Below are positions 36,168 to 45,838 of a stretch of DNA of 64,000 nt, in pieces (the stretch's first letter is position 1; every line of letters starts with the position of its first letter). The notes beneath the pieces are model-generated. The model had not been told where the DNA came from and made no database searches. It saw nothing but the letters and a program-made list of their open reading frames with translations. Position numbers and translations under genes: made by a program. Source of the stretch: a virus; the IMG/VR virus record IMGVR_UViG_3300027823_000001, positions 1 to 64,000 of that record. The stretch is one strand, 5' to 3'.

Positions 36168-36346
36168 CCACCACCACGCAGCAGAAGGCGGTGCACAGCA
36201 GGTTCTTTGCGATGCTGCCGCCCGTGGCAGCGCATCTACGCACGAAGCAGCTGCTTCGTGCTGACGTGACCCCGCAAGAGATCCGCGATGCCAGTGATGA
36301 GGCACTCGCCGCGCGCATGCGAGAGAAGCGAGAGAAGCGTGGCTGA
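36164..36346 (+). CDS. Small hypothetical protein
   Basis: GTGA coupling. Confidence 0.5.
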   Translation: MTTTTQQKAVHSRFFAMLPPVAAHLRTKQLLRADVTPQEIRDASDEALAARMREKREKRG

Positions 36347-37244
36347 TCGATGGTGGCCTGAGACAATCAAGCGCGAGCCCGTCTATTCTGACGATGCTGT
36401 CGTCTTGTTCTACTGCGACGCGCGCGAGATCATGCAGGCGATGCCTGACCGATCAGTGGACCACACGATCACCGATCCTCCCTACGAGGAAGCCTCACAC
36501 ACCTACGGCAAGCTGCGGGATGCGAAGGGGCGCATCACTCTGTCGAAGCTCTCCTTCGCGAGGATTGAAGAGACGCTCGGTCGCGAGTTCTCAGCAAAGC
36601 ATCTCGTGCGCACCACGCGCGAGTGGCTGCTTTCGTTCTGTGAGACGGAGGCTGTCGGCGAATGGAAGCGCGCGCTCGAAAAGTGGGGCGCAGGCTGGTC
36701 ACGCGCGCAGTGGTGGGAGAAGCCTGATGGCGCGCCGCAGATCACAGGCCACAAGCCGGGCGTCCCGGGCGAGGCCATTGCTACCGCGTGGTGCAGCCCT
36801 GGTACCATGAGCACCTGGAACGGTGGCGGAATGCGAGGCTTTCACTCAGTGCCTGTGCGCGAGAGCGAGGGCCGCCTGCACGAAACGCAGAAGCCCATCG
36901 CGCTCTACGTGAAGCTGCTCGAACTCTTCACTCGCCGAGGTCAGATCATCTTCGATCCGTTCGCAGGTGCGGCGACGATGGGCAAGGCCTGCAAGCTGAG
37001 GGGCCGACGTGCGATCCTGGTCGAGCGCGGACCTCACTCAGGCATTGGTGCCGAAGCCAAGAACGACGAGTTCATACACAGGGTGATCAACCGACTCTCG
37101 GTCACGAACGAGCAGCCATCGCTCTTCTCTGAGGCGACACTGATCTCGTCTCCGACCGAGCGCACTCCACGCGTCAAGACGGATGCCTTCGTTGTCGACG
37201 GCGTCCGTCTCACTCGCAAGCGCAAGCCTAGAGCGATGGTCTAA
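36339..37244 (+). CDS. DNA N6-adenine/N4-cytosine methyltransferase (beta class)
   Basis: ITDPPY, W.KP, HETQKP, DPFAG in beta-class order. Confidence 0.88.
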   Translation: MADRWWPETIKREPVYSDDAVVLFYCDAREIMQAMPDRSVDHTITDPPYEEASHTYGKLRDAKGRITLSKLSFARIEETLGREFSAKHLVRTTREWLLSFCETEAVGEWKRALEKWGAGWSRAQWWEKPDGAPQITGHKPGVPGEAIATAWCSPGTMSTWNGGGMRGFHSVPVRESEGRLHETQKPIALYVKLLELFTRRGQIIFDPFAGAATMGKACKLRGRRAILVERGPHSGIGAEAKNDEFIHRVINRLSVTNEQPSLFSEATLISSPTERTPRVKTDAFVVDGVRLTRKRKPRAMV

Positions 37245-37254
37245 TCTGCGCGCC

Positions 37255-37725
37255 ATGCCTGACGACACCACACGCCGCTACGACTCCCGCACCATGCCCT
37301 TCTCGCTCGGAGGCGCCGGAGATCACACCGCAGGCGCGCTCAAGCCTGAAGGCCCTGACGCGCTCTACCTCGTGCCGATCGAGGCGCCGGACATCAAGGG
37401 ACTGCCATGGGATCGGCGCACCTACGACGCGTGGACCACGGTAGCGTTTCGGGTGCTCGCGCGCGCATGGATCGTGGATATGTTCATCGCGAACCCTTGG
37501 ATGTACCTGTGGCGCATCCGCGAGCGCTCGACGCAAGCGCGTCTCTCGACGCTGCGACTCACCGAACCGATCCTGCTAGTCGTGGTGACTCGCCGCTCTG
37601 ATGGTCGGGAGTTCGAGACCTCGATCTCTTGGACAGCGCGAGAGCGCGATGACGCTGCGCTCGCGCAGCGCAAGCTAGATGACGCGCGCACCGTGCTCGA
37701 AACGTTGCACGCCCAGAACCCATGA
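37255..37725 (+). CDS. Hypothetical protein
   Basis: Fills the gap in a + strand gene run. Confidence 0.55.
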   Translation: MPDDTTRRYDSRTMPFSLGGAGDHTAGALKPEGPDALYLVPIEAPDIKGLPWDRRTYDAWTTVAFRVLARAWIVDMFIANPWMYLWRIRERSTQARLSTLRLTEPILLVVVTRRSDGREFETSISWTARERDDAALAQRKLDDARTVLETLHAQNP

Positions 37726-37735
37726 GAGGCTCCAC

Positions 37736-38239
37736 ATGAACATCTACATTGCAGGCCGTGGTGATACCCTAGGCATCAAGCGCTACCGCGCGCTGCAAGC
37801 ACTCGTGCTTCAAGCTGGTCACTTCATCACACACGACTGGACCGTGGCCATCGAGCGTGCGGGCGAGAGCGACAGGGACCTCACGCTGGAGCAGCGACGC
37901 CCGTATGCGGACACAGATGCGGAGGGGGTGCTGCACGCCGACGTGCTCGTCTACCAAGCTCCGCACGAGAAGAGCGAAGGCGCTGCGTACGAGATGGGAG
38001 CGCACCACATGAAGCGCGACTTGATCCTCTCGCTGGTTCCGAGCTTTCCCATTCTGCGCGCCTTGCTGCCTATCGCGTCCATCTGCGTGGGCGCTGCGGA
38101 CTGTCTATTCGCCTCGCGCTGTGATCATCATGTCGAGACGAACGACGAAGTGATCGCGCTGCTCGTAGAGATCGCAAAGCAGGATCAGGCTGGCGCCGTG
38201 CTGACTGCACACGCGCTCGGCATGGTCTCGAAGCACTGA
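37736..38239 (+). CDS. Nucleoside 2-deoxyribosyltransferase-like protein
   Basis: IYIAG, ITHDWT, D.EGV..ADVL, SEGAAYEMG. Confidence 0.7.
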   Translation: MNIYIAGRGDTLGIKRYRALQALVLQAGHFITHDWTVAIERAGESDRDLTLEQRRPYADTDAEGVLHADVLVYQAPHEKSEGAAYEMGAHHMKRDLILSLVPSFPILRALLPIASICVGAADCLFASRCDHHVETNDEVIALLVEIAKQDQAGAVLTAHALGMVSKH

Positions 38240-38242
38240 GGA

Positions 38243-38252
38243 CATCGGGTAT
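38243..38252 (+). promoter_or_regulatory. CATCGKGTAK motif
   Basis: Intergenic, 8 nt before GTG 38261. Confidence 0.65.
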
Positions 38253-38260
38253 AGGGAAGG

Positions 38261-38497
38261 GTGACTGACTATCAATGCGTGCTCGCCGATGACGTGTGGC
38301 ATGCGACTCAAGAGCAAGCCGTGGCGCCGCCTCTCAACAGGGGCGGTGCCTACACCATCTGCGCTGTGTGGACGCCGTTCAAGGCAGGCTACGAGCGACG
38401 CAGGCCTACGTGCCCCGAGTGCTTGCACGCCGTCGAGAAGGACGAGGCGCGGCGCGCCAAGCCGACCGCCGTACGCCGTCCCAGGGTGATGCCGTGA
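38261..38497 (+). CDS. Small zinc-finger protein
   Basis: WH...IC...TCPEC. Confidence 0.6.
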   Translation: MTDYQCVLADDVWHATQEQAVAPPLNRGGAYTICAVWTPFKAGYERRRPTCPECLHAVEKDEARRAKPTAVRRPRVMP

Positions 38498-38796
38498 AAC
38501 GACCTCCTGTCATAGGCGAGAGCGGCTACTCGAACGAGCACTACTGGTACGAGGAGGCACCGCGCTGCGGCCTCGGCGCTGTCAACGAACTCACAGGTCA
38601 GGGCGTAGGCTTGTGCAGGCATCCGAAAGAGCCCGGACTGCCGTGGTGCAACAGACACACCTTTCTCTTTGAGAAGCAGATGCGAGCATCGGGGTACACA
38701 AGCGACAACGCGCGAGCGGCCCTTCCTGCGATGGGCTTCAACGCGAAAGCCATAGAGACGTTCGTGGCGCGCTACGAGCGCGAGGAGAAGACATGA
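38494..38796 (+). CDS. Small Cys/His hypothetical protein
   Basis: GTGA coupling; C...C...C..H. Confidence 0.55.
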   Translation: MKRPPVIGESGYSNEHYWYEEAPRCGLGAVNELTGQGVGLCRHPKEPGLPWCNRHTFLFEKQMRASGYTSDNARAALPAMGFNAKAIETFVARYEREEKT

Positions 38797-39095
38797 AAAG
38801 CGGATCACCGAAGAAGCGCAAAGCCAACATGAAGCCCGGTGCAACGAAACCTCGGCGCGAGACGCAAGCGTACGCGCAGCGGATGCAGGCCAACGCTGCG
38901 CTGCTCTTGCGTGTGGTCGCGTACCTCGTGCAGCACTCTGCGGAAGTCGCAGAGCAGTTCGCTCGCAACGGCGATGCTCGCATCCCACTCGCCGCGTTCG
39001 ACTCCGACGTGGACGTGGGTATGGTGGTCGAGAACGACGAGCTGATCATCGCGCCCGCGCCGTTGCCTCCTTCAACTGCGGAGACGACGCCATGA
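38793..39095 (+). CDS. Hypothetical protein
   Basis: GAGGA RBS, ATGA coupling. Confidence 0.6.
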   Translation: MKSGSPKKRKANMKPGATKPRRETQAYAQRMQANAALLLRVVAYLVQHSAEVAEQFARNGDARIPLAAFDSDVDVGMVVENDELIIAPAPLPPSTAETTP

Positions 39096-39892
39096 TGACC
39101 GACGGCGAGATCGTGAGGGCACTCGAATCAGGCGAGATCAGCATCTCACCACTCGGCTCGCGCGCCGAGCAGATCCAGCCTTGCAGCGTGGACCTGCGCC
39201 TCTCGCGTGAGGTGATGCGCTACAGAGACGCATCGACCTATCTCACGAGCGTACCCAACATTCGACTTGGGAATGCGCAGCAGAATGAGATGGAAGAAGT
39301 GAACGTGGGGGCGCGCCCGTACTTCACGTTGGAGCCTGGTAGCTTCGCACTGGGTGTGACGATGGAAAGGGTCAAGCTACCGCCTCACATCCTCGGGCGC
39401 GTAGAAGGGCGCAGCTCGATCGGGCGCGTAGGTTTGTTCGTGCACATCACTGCCGGCTTCATCGATCCCGGCTTCGACGGGCGGATCACGCTGGAGTTCT
39501 ACAACGGCGCTCGTAGGCCGATCGAGATCCCCTTCGGTTTCCGTGTGTGCCAGCTGGCGCTCCAGCGCCTCTCAGAGCCCTGCGAGCGCCCGTACGGGCA
39601 GGAACGTGGGTCGAAGTACGTGGGGGCCTCCAGCGACGGCGTACAGCCCGCGCGCCGCGAAGCGCCGACGCCCGAGCCCCGCACGGTAGGCGAGGTCGCA
39701 CGCGCGACGACGAATCCTCCCGAGCGGATTCCTGTGCAGTGCCACGCGTGCCCGTACATAGGCGCGACGTACCGCTACGACTTCAGTAGCGGCAAGGCTG
39801 GTTACGCCTGCGCGAGCTGCGATGCAGTCATCCCACCTGAGACCGAGTACATCCCCAAGCAAGTAGTGAAGAGGACACGATGGATACGATGA
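39092..39892 (+). CDS. dcd: dCTP deaminase with C-terminal zinc-ribbon extension
   Basis: QIQP.SVDLRL, GRSSIGR.GL, TAGFIDPGF.G.ITLE, QL, PY...SKY; tail CHAC...CASC. Confidence 0.92.
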   Translation: MMTDGEIVRALESGEISISPLGSRAEQIQPCSVDLRLSREVMRYRDASTYLTSVPNIRLGNAQQNEMEEVNVGARPYFTLEPGSFALGVTMERVKLPPHILGRVEGRSSIGRVGLFVHITAGFIDPGFDGRITLEFYNGARRPIEIPFGFRVCQLALQRLSEPCERPYGQERGSKYVGASSDGVQPARREAPTPEPRTVGEVARATTNPPERIPVQCHACPYIGATYRYDFSSGKAGYACASCDAVIPPETEYIPKQVVKRTRWIR

Positions 39893-40197
39893 ACGACGAG
39901 CAGTTGACCATGCGCCAGGTGAAAGCGGAGGCGGACAAGCGCATCCGCGACGCCTTTCAAGAGAAGCACCCTCACTACACACCGCCTCCCGATGCGAAGC
40001 CGTTGCAGTGGGCGCGCTGGGCGATCGCGAACTACAGGATGCACACCGAGATCGGCTTCAAGGCGCGCTTCCCTGCACAGGAGGCGGTGCTGACTGAAGA
40101 GCTGACCGTAGCAGAGCTGGCGCACAACGAGCGCAGGGTCTACGCGAAACTGCATCACATGACCTACCCGCACATTCCACGCGCGTGGGCAGCGTGA
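39880..40197 (+). CDS. Hypothetical protein
   Basis: GAGGA RBS. Confidence 0.6.
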   Translation: MDTMNDEQLTMRQVKAEADKRIRDAFQEKHPHYTPPPDAKPLQWARWAIANYRMHTEIGFKARFPAQEAVLTEELTVAELAHNERRVYAKLHHMTYPHIPRAWAA

Positions 40198-40419
40198 AGT
40201 TGCCGTCGTACGCCTCGCTCTCGTTCTCAGCGAGCGCAGCGGAGCTTCCACACGTCACGCGAGATCCAGGGCTACGCACGCCGCGTGGAACGATGGTGCA
40301 ACCCTCAAGCACTCAGTTCCGCATCGGACCTCTCGCGCTCACGCTCGTATGGGGGAACGATCACGCCGCACATCCGCTTCAGCACGAAACCGTCGCGGGC
40401 TACGACGAAGAAGTCTGAA

Positions 40420-40845
40420 GTGATCGTCGGGTTCACAGGCACACGCGTAGGCATGACCGACGCGCAGAAGGGAGCGATCGAGAGCTTCCTTCGCGCGTGG
40501 TACGTCTTGGCGTTCGTCCACGGCGACTGCATCGGTAGTGACGATCAAGCAGACGAGATCGCTGTGAAGCTAGGTCTCGCTCGTGTGCTCCGGCCATGCA
40601 CGATCGAAGCGCTACGAGCACACGGCGAACGCCGAGGTGGGCACGTCCTGAAGGTTTACGCACCCGAGGCGCCGTTGCTGCGCAACGATCGAATCGTTCG
40701 AGACACGCACATCCTGATCGCCGCACCGAACGGACCCGAACAGCAGCGATCTGGGACGTGGTACACGATCCGCCGCGCACGCGATGCGAAGCGCCACCTT
40801 GTGATCATCTTCCCGAGCGGGCAGGTGAGGCACGAGGGCAACTGA
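40420..40845 (+). CDS. SLOG-superfamily (DprA/YspA-like) Rossmann protein
   Basis: VGFTGTR, HGDCIGSD, RN..IV, LIA.P, SGTW.TIR.A. Confidence 0.7.
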   Translation: MIVGFTGTRVGMTDAQKGAIESFLRAWYVLAFVHGDCIGSDDQADEIAVKLGLARVLRPCTIEALRAHGERRGGHVLKVYAPEAPLLRNDRIVRDTHILIAAPNGPEQQRSGTWYTIRRARDAKRHLVIIFPSGQVRHEGN

Positions 40846-40856
40846 GGAGGACTGAG

Positions 40857-41750
40857 ATGGAAGTCGTACTGCTAACTTTTGGGATGTACTACGCACGCGT
40901 GCTCGCCGACTCGATCGCGCACGGCGTGCGACTCACGACGCTGGAGGTGTGCTTCCCGCGCTTCATTCTCGCTGAGTTCAACACGCATCGCGTGTTCTCT
41001 CGCAACAGCGCGTCGAGCCGAGCCATCCCGGTTGCCACACGCATCGCGCAGGTGCGGAACAACCCCTTCGTGCCCGAAGCGTTCGGCGTGAACAAGAGTG
41101 GGATGCAAGCGAGCACAACGCACGGCGGTTGTGTAGGCACCGTGACGCGCTGGCTATGGATCCTCGCCGCTCGCATCTGCTGCGTGATCGCGTGGTGCCT
41201 GATGAAGCTCGACATTCACAAGCAGCATGCCAACCGGGTGATCGAGCTGTGGGCTTGGCACACCGTGGTGGTGAGCGCGACCGAATGGGAGAACTTCCTC
41301 AACCTCCGCACGCACAAGGCCGCGCAGCCTGAGATCCAGATCGTCGCGAAGCTCATTCGCGATGCACTCGCAGCCTCGACGCCTCGCAAGCTGCACGACG
41401 GCGACTGGCATCTGCCATACGCGACAAACGATGACCACGACGGCCGCTTGATAGCGGACAACATCCTCACGTCGGTCGTGCGCAGTGCTGCGGTCTCGTT
41501 CGAGAGGCAGAACGCACCGCGTAGCTCCGAGGCGGTCAAGAAGCGCCACGACGACATGATGCGTCTCGCGCACTGGTCACCGTTCGAGCACGCGGCATGC
41601 GTCGCGACCGATGCAGAGCTGCGCAAGTACGCACTCTACACGTACACGGGCGAGCCTGCGTTCATCGGCAACTTCCGCGCGCCATGGCTCCAGTACCGCA
41701 AGACGTTCGAGAACGAGAGCGTTTGGCAGGGAGGAAAAGAAGATGTCTAA
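40857..41750 (+). CDS. thyX: Flavin-dependent thymidylate synthase, phage type
   Basis: GAGGAGG RBS; AEFNTHRVFSRNSASSRAIP, KQ.ANR, NF.NLR...AQPEI, H.SPFEH. Confidence 0.85.
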   Translation: MEVVLLTFGMYYARVLADSIAHGVRLTTLEVCFPRFILAEFNTHRVFSRNSASSRAIPVATRIAQVRNNPFVPEAFGVNKSGMQASTTHGGCVGTVTRWLWILAARICCVIAWCLMKLDIHKQHANRVIELWAWHTVVVSATEWENFLNLRTHKAAQPEIQIVAKLIRDALAASTPRKLHDGDWHLPYATNDDHDGRLIADNILTSVVRSAAVSFERQNAPRSSEAVKKRHDDMMRLAHWSPFEHAACVATDAELRKYALYTYTGEPAFIGNFRAPWLQYRKTFENESVWQGGKEDV

Positions 41751-41985
41751 CAAGGTCGATCACCCCTCGCACTACGGCGGCGCCGCGAACCCCTACGAGG
41801 CGATCAAGGTCATCCGCGTATGGCTCGGACCCACCGCCGCTCAAGGCTTCACGCTCGGCAACGCGATCAAGTACATCTCCCGCGCCGGCAAGAAGAGGGG
41901 GGAGAGCACGCTCGACGATCTCAAGAAGGCACGCTGGTACCTGGACAACGAGATCGCAGCCATCGAAGCACAGGAGAAGCCGTGA
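41743..41985 (+). CDS. DUF3310-like protein (T7 gp1.7/SaV-related)
   Basis: VDHPSHY, GNAIKYI.RAGKK, DLKKARWYL. Confidence 0.85.
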   Translation: MSNKVDHPSHYGGAANPYEAIKVIRVWLGPTAAQGFTLGNAIKYISRAGKKRGESTLDDLKKARWYLDNEIAAIEAQEKP

Positions 41986-42030
41986 TGCTGTGGTGGACAT
42001 TCTTCGCAGGCTTGAAGCTCGCCTAACACA

Positions 42031-42040
42031 CATCGTGTAG
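42031..42040 (+). promoter_or_regulatory. CATCGKGTAK motif
   Basis: CATCGTGTAG, 9 nt before ATG 42050. Confidence 0.6.
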
Positions 42041-42049
42041 AGAACGAGC

Positions 42050-43279
42050 ATGGTCAAAAACAAGCGCGGCTCGATGGCGTTCAGTGCCGAGTTCCTCAAG
42101 AGCACCGCCATCTCCGGCACCAGCGTCATGCACATAGTCACAGACGATCCCTACCAAGAGAAGCCCATGACCAACCCCAACACCACGAAGATCAAGAACT
42201 TGGTGGTGAAGACGATCATGAGGGATGACCTCCTACGACTCCTGAGAGGGCACAGCATCGAGCAGACCACGAGAGAAGGCATGGTGGACACAGAGGTACG
42301 CTTGGGCCTAGTGCCGCTGAGCGCGATGGAGCGCCGCACAATATGTGATGCACTTACTAGAGATGTACTAGGGGAGTACCAACACGGCTACTGCATCTCA
42401 GGATGGAAGCCGAGCGAAGTCGTACCAGGCACGAGCGAGTGGTTGTCGCAGATCGCAGCCAACGCAGACCGCATCAGGATCCAGGTGACCGACGTAGGAG
42501 GGACCACGCGAACCGTGATGCTCGCGGACGCCAGCCCCGAGGACGCGCAAGCGAGTGTGTCGCACTGGCTCAAGGAAGGCATCACGCCTGCATGGGAGGC
42601 GTACCAGGACGCTGCGGCGATCATCGCGGACTACGAGCGCAGCCGCTCTCTACCAGGCGTGTCCGCGCGAGTGAGGCCGCCGAGCTACAGGACGGTCGAC
42701 GTCGATCAGTGCTCGCCGTGTGAGCTGGACGAGGTGGGCGCCCACTTCGGCCTCCCGCGCCGCAACGTCGCGCTTGGCGGCTTGTTCGATCAACTCTCGT
42801 TGGAGAGCGACGATGCGTACCGTCGGCGGCTATCCGCATCACACCAGCGAGTGGACGACCACTTCGACCTCCCGTGTCGCACCGTCGCGCTGCCGGTCAA
42901 CGACCCGCAAGCGGATGCAAAGCTCCACAGCAGCTCCGGCGTCGAGACTGAGATCGACGTGCGCGACTGCATAGGCTCCGACCTGGACCAGCCCGCTAAG
43001 ATGGCGCCTGTGAGCGCGGCGATCCCCCTGAAGGTCAACACCACCACACCAGCGAAGAAGCTCGACTTCATCTTGTGGGTGATGCAGTGGTCGGAAAAGG
43101 CTGGCTCGGCTTGGTACGCAGGCCGCGATATCACGGCGATGGTGACGCGCTACCGAGAGGGCAAGCTCGGCGACTACGGGCGGACACCTGGTGAAAGCAC
43201 AGCGTTGGACAAGATGGTCTCGTCTGCAAAGCAGAAGGCGAGTACGATCGCGCACCTGCTTCCGCCATACCCCGGATGA
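42050..43279 (+). CDS. Multi-module hypothetical protein
   Basis: 409-aa ORF containing an ELDEVG..FGL.R...ESDDAYRRRL motif. Confidence 0.65.
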   Translation: MVKNKRGSMAFSAEFLKSTAISGTSVMHIVTDDPYQEKPMTNPNTTKIKNLVVKTIMRDDLLRLLRGHSIEQTTREGMVDTEVRLGLVPLSAMERRTICDALTRDVLGEYQHGYCISGWKPSEVVPGTSEWLSQIAANADRIRIQVTDVGGTTRTVMLADASPEDAQASVSHWLKEGITPAWEAYQDAAAIIADYERSRSLPGVSARVRPPSYRTVDVDQCSPCELDEVGAHFGLPRRNVALGGLFDQLSLESDDAYRRRLSASHQRVDDHFDLPCRTVALPVNDPQADAKLHSSSGVETEIDVRDCIGSDLDQPAKMAPVSAAIPLKVNTTTPAKKLDFILWVMQWSEKAGSAWYAGRDITAMVTRYREGKLGDYGRTPGESTALDKMVSSAKQKASTIAHLLPPYPG

Positions 43280-43282
43280 ACA

Positions 43283-43657
43283 ATGCCCACGCACACGATC
43301 GACCTCCTTCGCTGCGCCTCGCACATCTCCCGCACGACGTGGCTCACGCTCACGCACGGTGGTCGCGTGACCGAGGGTACGTGCACCATCGTCTCGACTG
43401 ACGCCGCTCACGGGTCACTGCTCGTGCAAGTGGACCACGACGGCCAGCTATTCGTGTTCACGGCGCCGGCAGTTGCAGTCGAGCTGATCGACCCTCCGAC
43501 GAGGCCGATCCCCAAGCCTGCGACCACGCGTCCCGCGCCTCCCGCGTGTGACACCTGCGGCGCTGCCCTCCCCGCATCGGGTAGCTGCATCAATGCGTCG
43601 TGCTCCACAGCCCCCGGGACGCCCGCAGCGCCCTCGGACGGGTACGACAACGACTGA
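43283..43657 (+). CDS. Hypothetical protein with C-terminal zinc ribbon
   Basis: CDTCG...C...C. Confidence 0.55.
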   Translation: MPTHTIDLLRCASHISRTTWLTLTHGGRVTEGTCTIVSTDAAHGSLLVQVDHDGQLFVFTAPAVAVELIDPPTRPIPKPATTRPAPPACDTCGAALPASGSCINASCSTAPGTPAAPSDGYDND

Positions 43658-43696
43658 GACCCCCACGGCGCCACAGGGCGCGACTGAGAGCCCGCC

Positions 43697-44215
43697 ATGG
43701 ACGACGACAGCAAGCCCGCGACCGAAGGCGCCAGCCCCGCGCACGGACCCGTACCGAACACGGTCTGCCACACCTGCGAGTTCTACGCAGGCGCGATGGA
43801 CGCGCTGGCCTACGACCCGCGCACGCAGTTCCGCAACGGCACCTGTCTCTGCATCGACGCGGAGGTCCTGGGCCCGCACTACGGCTTCTCGATCTGCGCG
43901 GACAAGCACGTCCACCTGAAGCTCGGGATGGAGGTAGAGATCGGCACCGTCTCTGCCATCACCGTCGCGGCGTACGCACTCGCGCTCTCCTACGACCGCG
44001 AAGGATGGGTCGCAGGCTTCGTGCCTGGCACCGAGCAAGCCAAGAGCGCGCTGCGCGATTGCATCGCTGTGCTCCGCACACGCACGCCCAACACCGACTT
44101 TGCAGACTGGCTGGCGAAGCACTCGGCTCGCGACCTCTCGCGATGGATCAAAGAGATCTGCAAGGCCGTCGCACGCGTCGAGGATGGTAAGTTCGAGCTG
44201 TCCACCATCGAGTGA
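43697..44215 (+). CDS. Hypothetical protein
   Basis: 172 aa, CHTC..C motif; stop lies within the 18-bp boundary repeat. Confidence 0.65.
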   Translation: MDDDSKPATEGASPAHGPVPNTVCHTCEFYAGAMDALAYDPRTQFRNGTCLCIDAEVLGPHYGFSICADKHVHLKLGMEVEIGTVSAITVAAYALALSYDREGWVAGFVPGTEQAKSALRDCIAVLRTRTPNTDFADWLAKHSARDLSRWIKEICKAVARVEDGKFELSTIE

Positions 44216-44264
44216 TCCTCGGCACCACCGCGACTCCAGACCATAGAGGATCACCATGACCACC
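44209..44264 (+). repeat. Boundary repeats shared with the 11-12.5 kb array
   Basis: 44209-44226 = 11069-11086; AGAGGATCACCATGACCACC at 44245-44264 = 12534-12553. Confidence 0.85.
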
Positions 44265-44705
44265 ACCATCACCGATCTGCTAGTCCGACTCCGGGACGAG
44301 GACGACCTCGACGGGTGTAGTGACGCCATCGACTATCTGGTCGCGTACGACGGCACGCTCGGGCAGGCGTGGGAGGACTGCCCCCGCGGCGACTGGCTGC
44401 TCTGGCTCGCACTCCGGGTCGGTGTCCCCGACGCGGCCTACACAGCAGCGTCCGAGGTCTTCGCGCGCGTGGCCTACGCGGCCACCTACGAGGCCGAGGC
44501 CGAGGTCGAGGCTGAGGAGGAGATACTGGGCGCGACCGAATCCGAGACGCTGCGCGCGTTTCTGCGTGCGAGCGCCATCGCAGTGCGCCGGCACATCACA
44601 GCCGAGATGGTCGTCGATGCGCTGGACGCTCACGCCGACACTGTGGCGGCCTTCGATGCCGTGGTGGGGTCGGTCGTCGCAGGGTGCAAGCGGTCTACTA
44701 CCTGA
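44256..44705 (+). CDS. Paralog family C copy 3 (displaced)
   Basis: LLVRLRDEDDLDGC..AID.L....GTL.QAW..CPRGDW...ESETLRA...AIAVRRHIT. Confidence 0.8.
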   Translation: MTTTITDLLVRLRDEDDLDGCSDAIDYLVAYDGTLGQAWEDCPRGDWLLWLALRVGVPDAAYTAASEVFARVAYAATYEAEAEVEAEEEILGATESETLRAFLRASAIAVRRHITAEMVVDALDAHADTVAAFDAVVGSVVAGCKRSTT

Positions 44706-44768
44706 GCCTGTACAATCCTCCTTCGGCACAATGCCGCCTCGCCAACCATCACAAACAAACGGAGTCCA

Positions 44769-45818
44769 ATGCTAATGCGTCTCACGATCCTTTCTCTGCT
44801 GATCCTCGGCCTTCCTGCCTGCTCTCCTGCCGATGATCCTACTGCCAGTGCGGAGGGTGCTCTGAGCATCTCCAACGGCCTTGTCCGCCAAAGCATCGAC
44901 ATGTGGACGACCGAGGGAGTGATCCACACTTCGGCTGTCTATGCTGTCGGCGCGCGCCTTCGCCCTACCCGGCGAGTGATCCTGTTGGTGCCCGGCACGC
45001 TGGCCAATGGCGGCGGATACTACGATATTGATCGCGGTGGTGGATTCAACGCCGCCGAGATCTTGGCGCGAAACGGGTTCATCGTGGGCATCGTGGATCT
45101 GCCCGGCAGTGGGCTGAGCTACCGCCCCGCCAACGGTGCGGACGCAACCGCTGAGCGCGGCGGCCGTGCCGTTGCTCGCGCGGCCCTGGCCTACCGGATT
45201 CGCTTCCGCGTGCCGACCGTGGACGTCTACGGCGAGACCGGCGTGGGGGGCAACATCGCGCTGCTGATGGCGCGAGAGGACTACGTGCGCGCGGTGGTGA
45301 TCACCGCGCCGGCCTACGTGCAGTTCGGCCCGGCGACGGCGCCTACTCTGTTCGATCCAGGCTTCTACGGGTTCCTCGACTCCATCCCCGACGGCTATCT
45401 GCCGCAAGACCCAGCCTTCGTTGGGTTCTTCTTGAGCACAGCAGACCCGTCCATTGTCGCCGAGGCAGTCCCTGCCATCGTCGGCCCTGCGCCCATGACC
45501 CTGGGTGTGGGGCCCTACTTCGATCTTCGTGACCATGGGGCCCTGGGCCCATCAGGAGCCATGCTGCGCCTGGAGACCCCCGTCGTCGACGCCGCACCTG
45601 CGCGGGCTGACGCACTCATCATCGGGAGTGATCCCGATGTTGTGGGTGACCCCGCGGGCACCATCGAGATGGTAGACGCCTACGGCACTACCGGAGGCGG
45701 AGACGCGGATGCGCTGGTCATCCCCGGAGCATCACACATCATGCGCTTCGACACCCTGGCGGACGGGCCCACTAGCCTGTTCTGGTCAGCGGTGCTGAGC
45801 TACCTCGCCGCGCACTGA
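44769..45818 (+). CDS. Lipoprotein, alpha/beta-hydrolase fold (moron-like)
   Basis: Lipobox LPAC; LLVPG, LAR.GF.V..VDLPG.G.S, D and GASH; TACAAT at 44711 upstream; terminator downstream. Confidence 0.75.
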   Translation: MLMRLTILSLLILGLPACSPADDPTASAEGALSISNGLVRQSIDMWTTEGVIHTSAVYAVGARLRPTRRVILLVPGTLANGGGYYDIDRGGGFNAAEILARNGFIVGIVDLPGSGLSYRPANGADATAERGGRAVARAALAYRIRFRVPTVDVYGETGVGGNIALLMAREDYVRAVVITAPAYVQFGPATAPTLFDPGFYGFLDSIPDGYLPQDPAFVGFFLSTADPSIVAEAVPAIVGPAPMTLGVGPYFDLRDHGALGPSGAMLRLETPVVDAAPARADALIIGSDPDVVGDPAGTIEMVDAYGTTGGGDADALVIPGASHIMRFDTLADGPTSLFWSAVLSYLAAH

Positions 45819-45838
45819 TCAGATTCACCACTGGCCGA

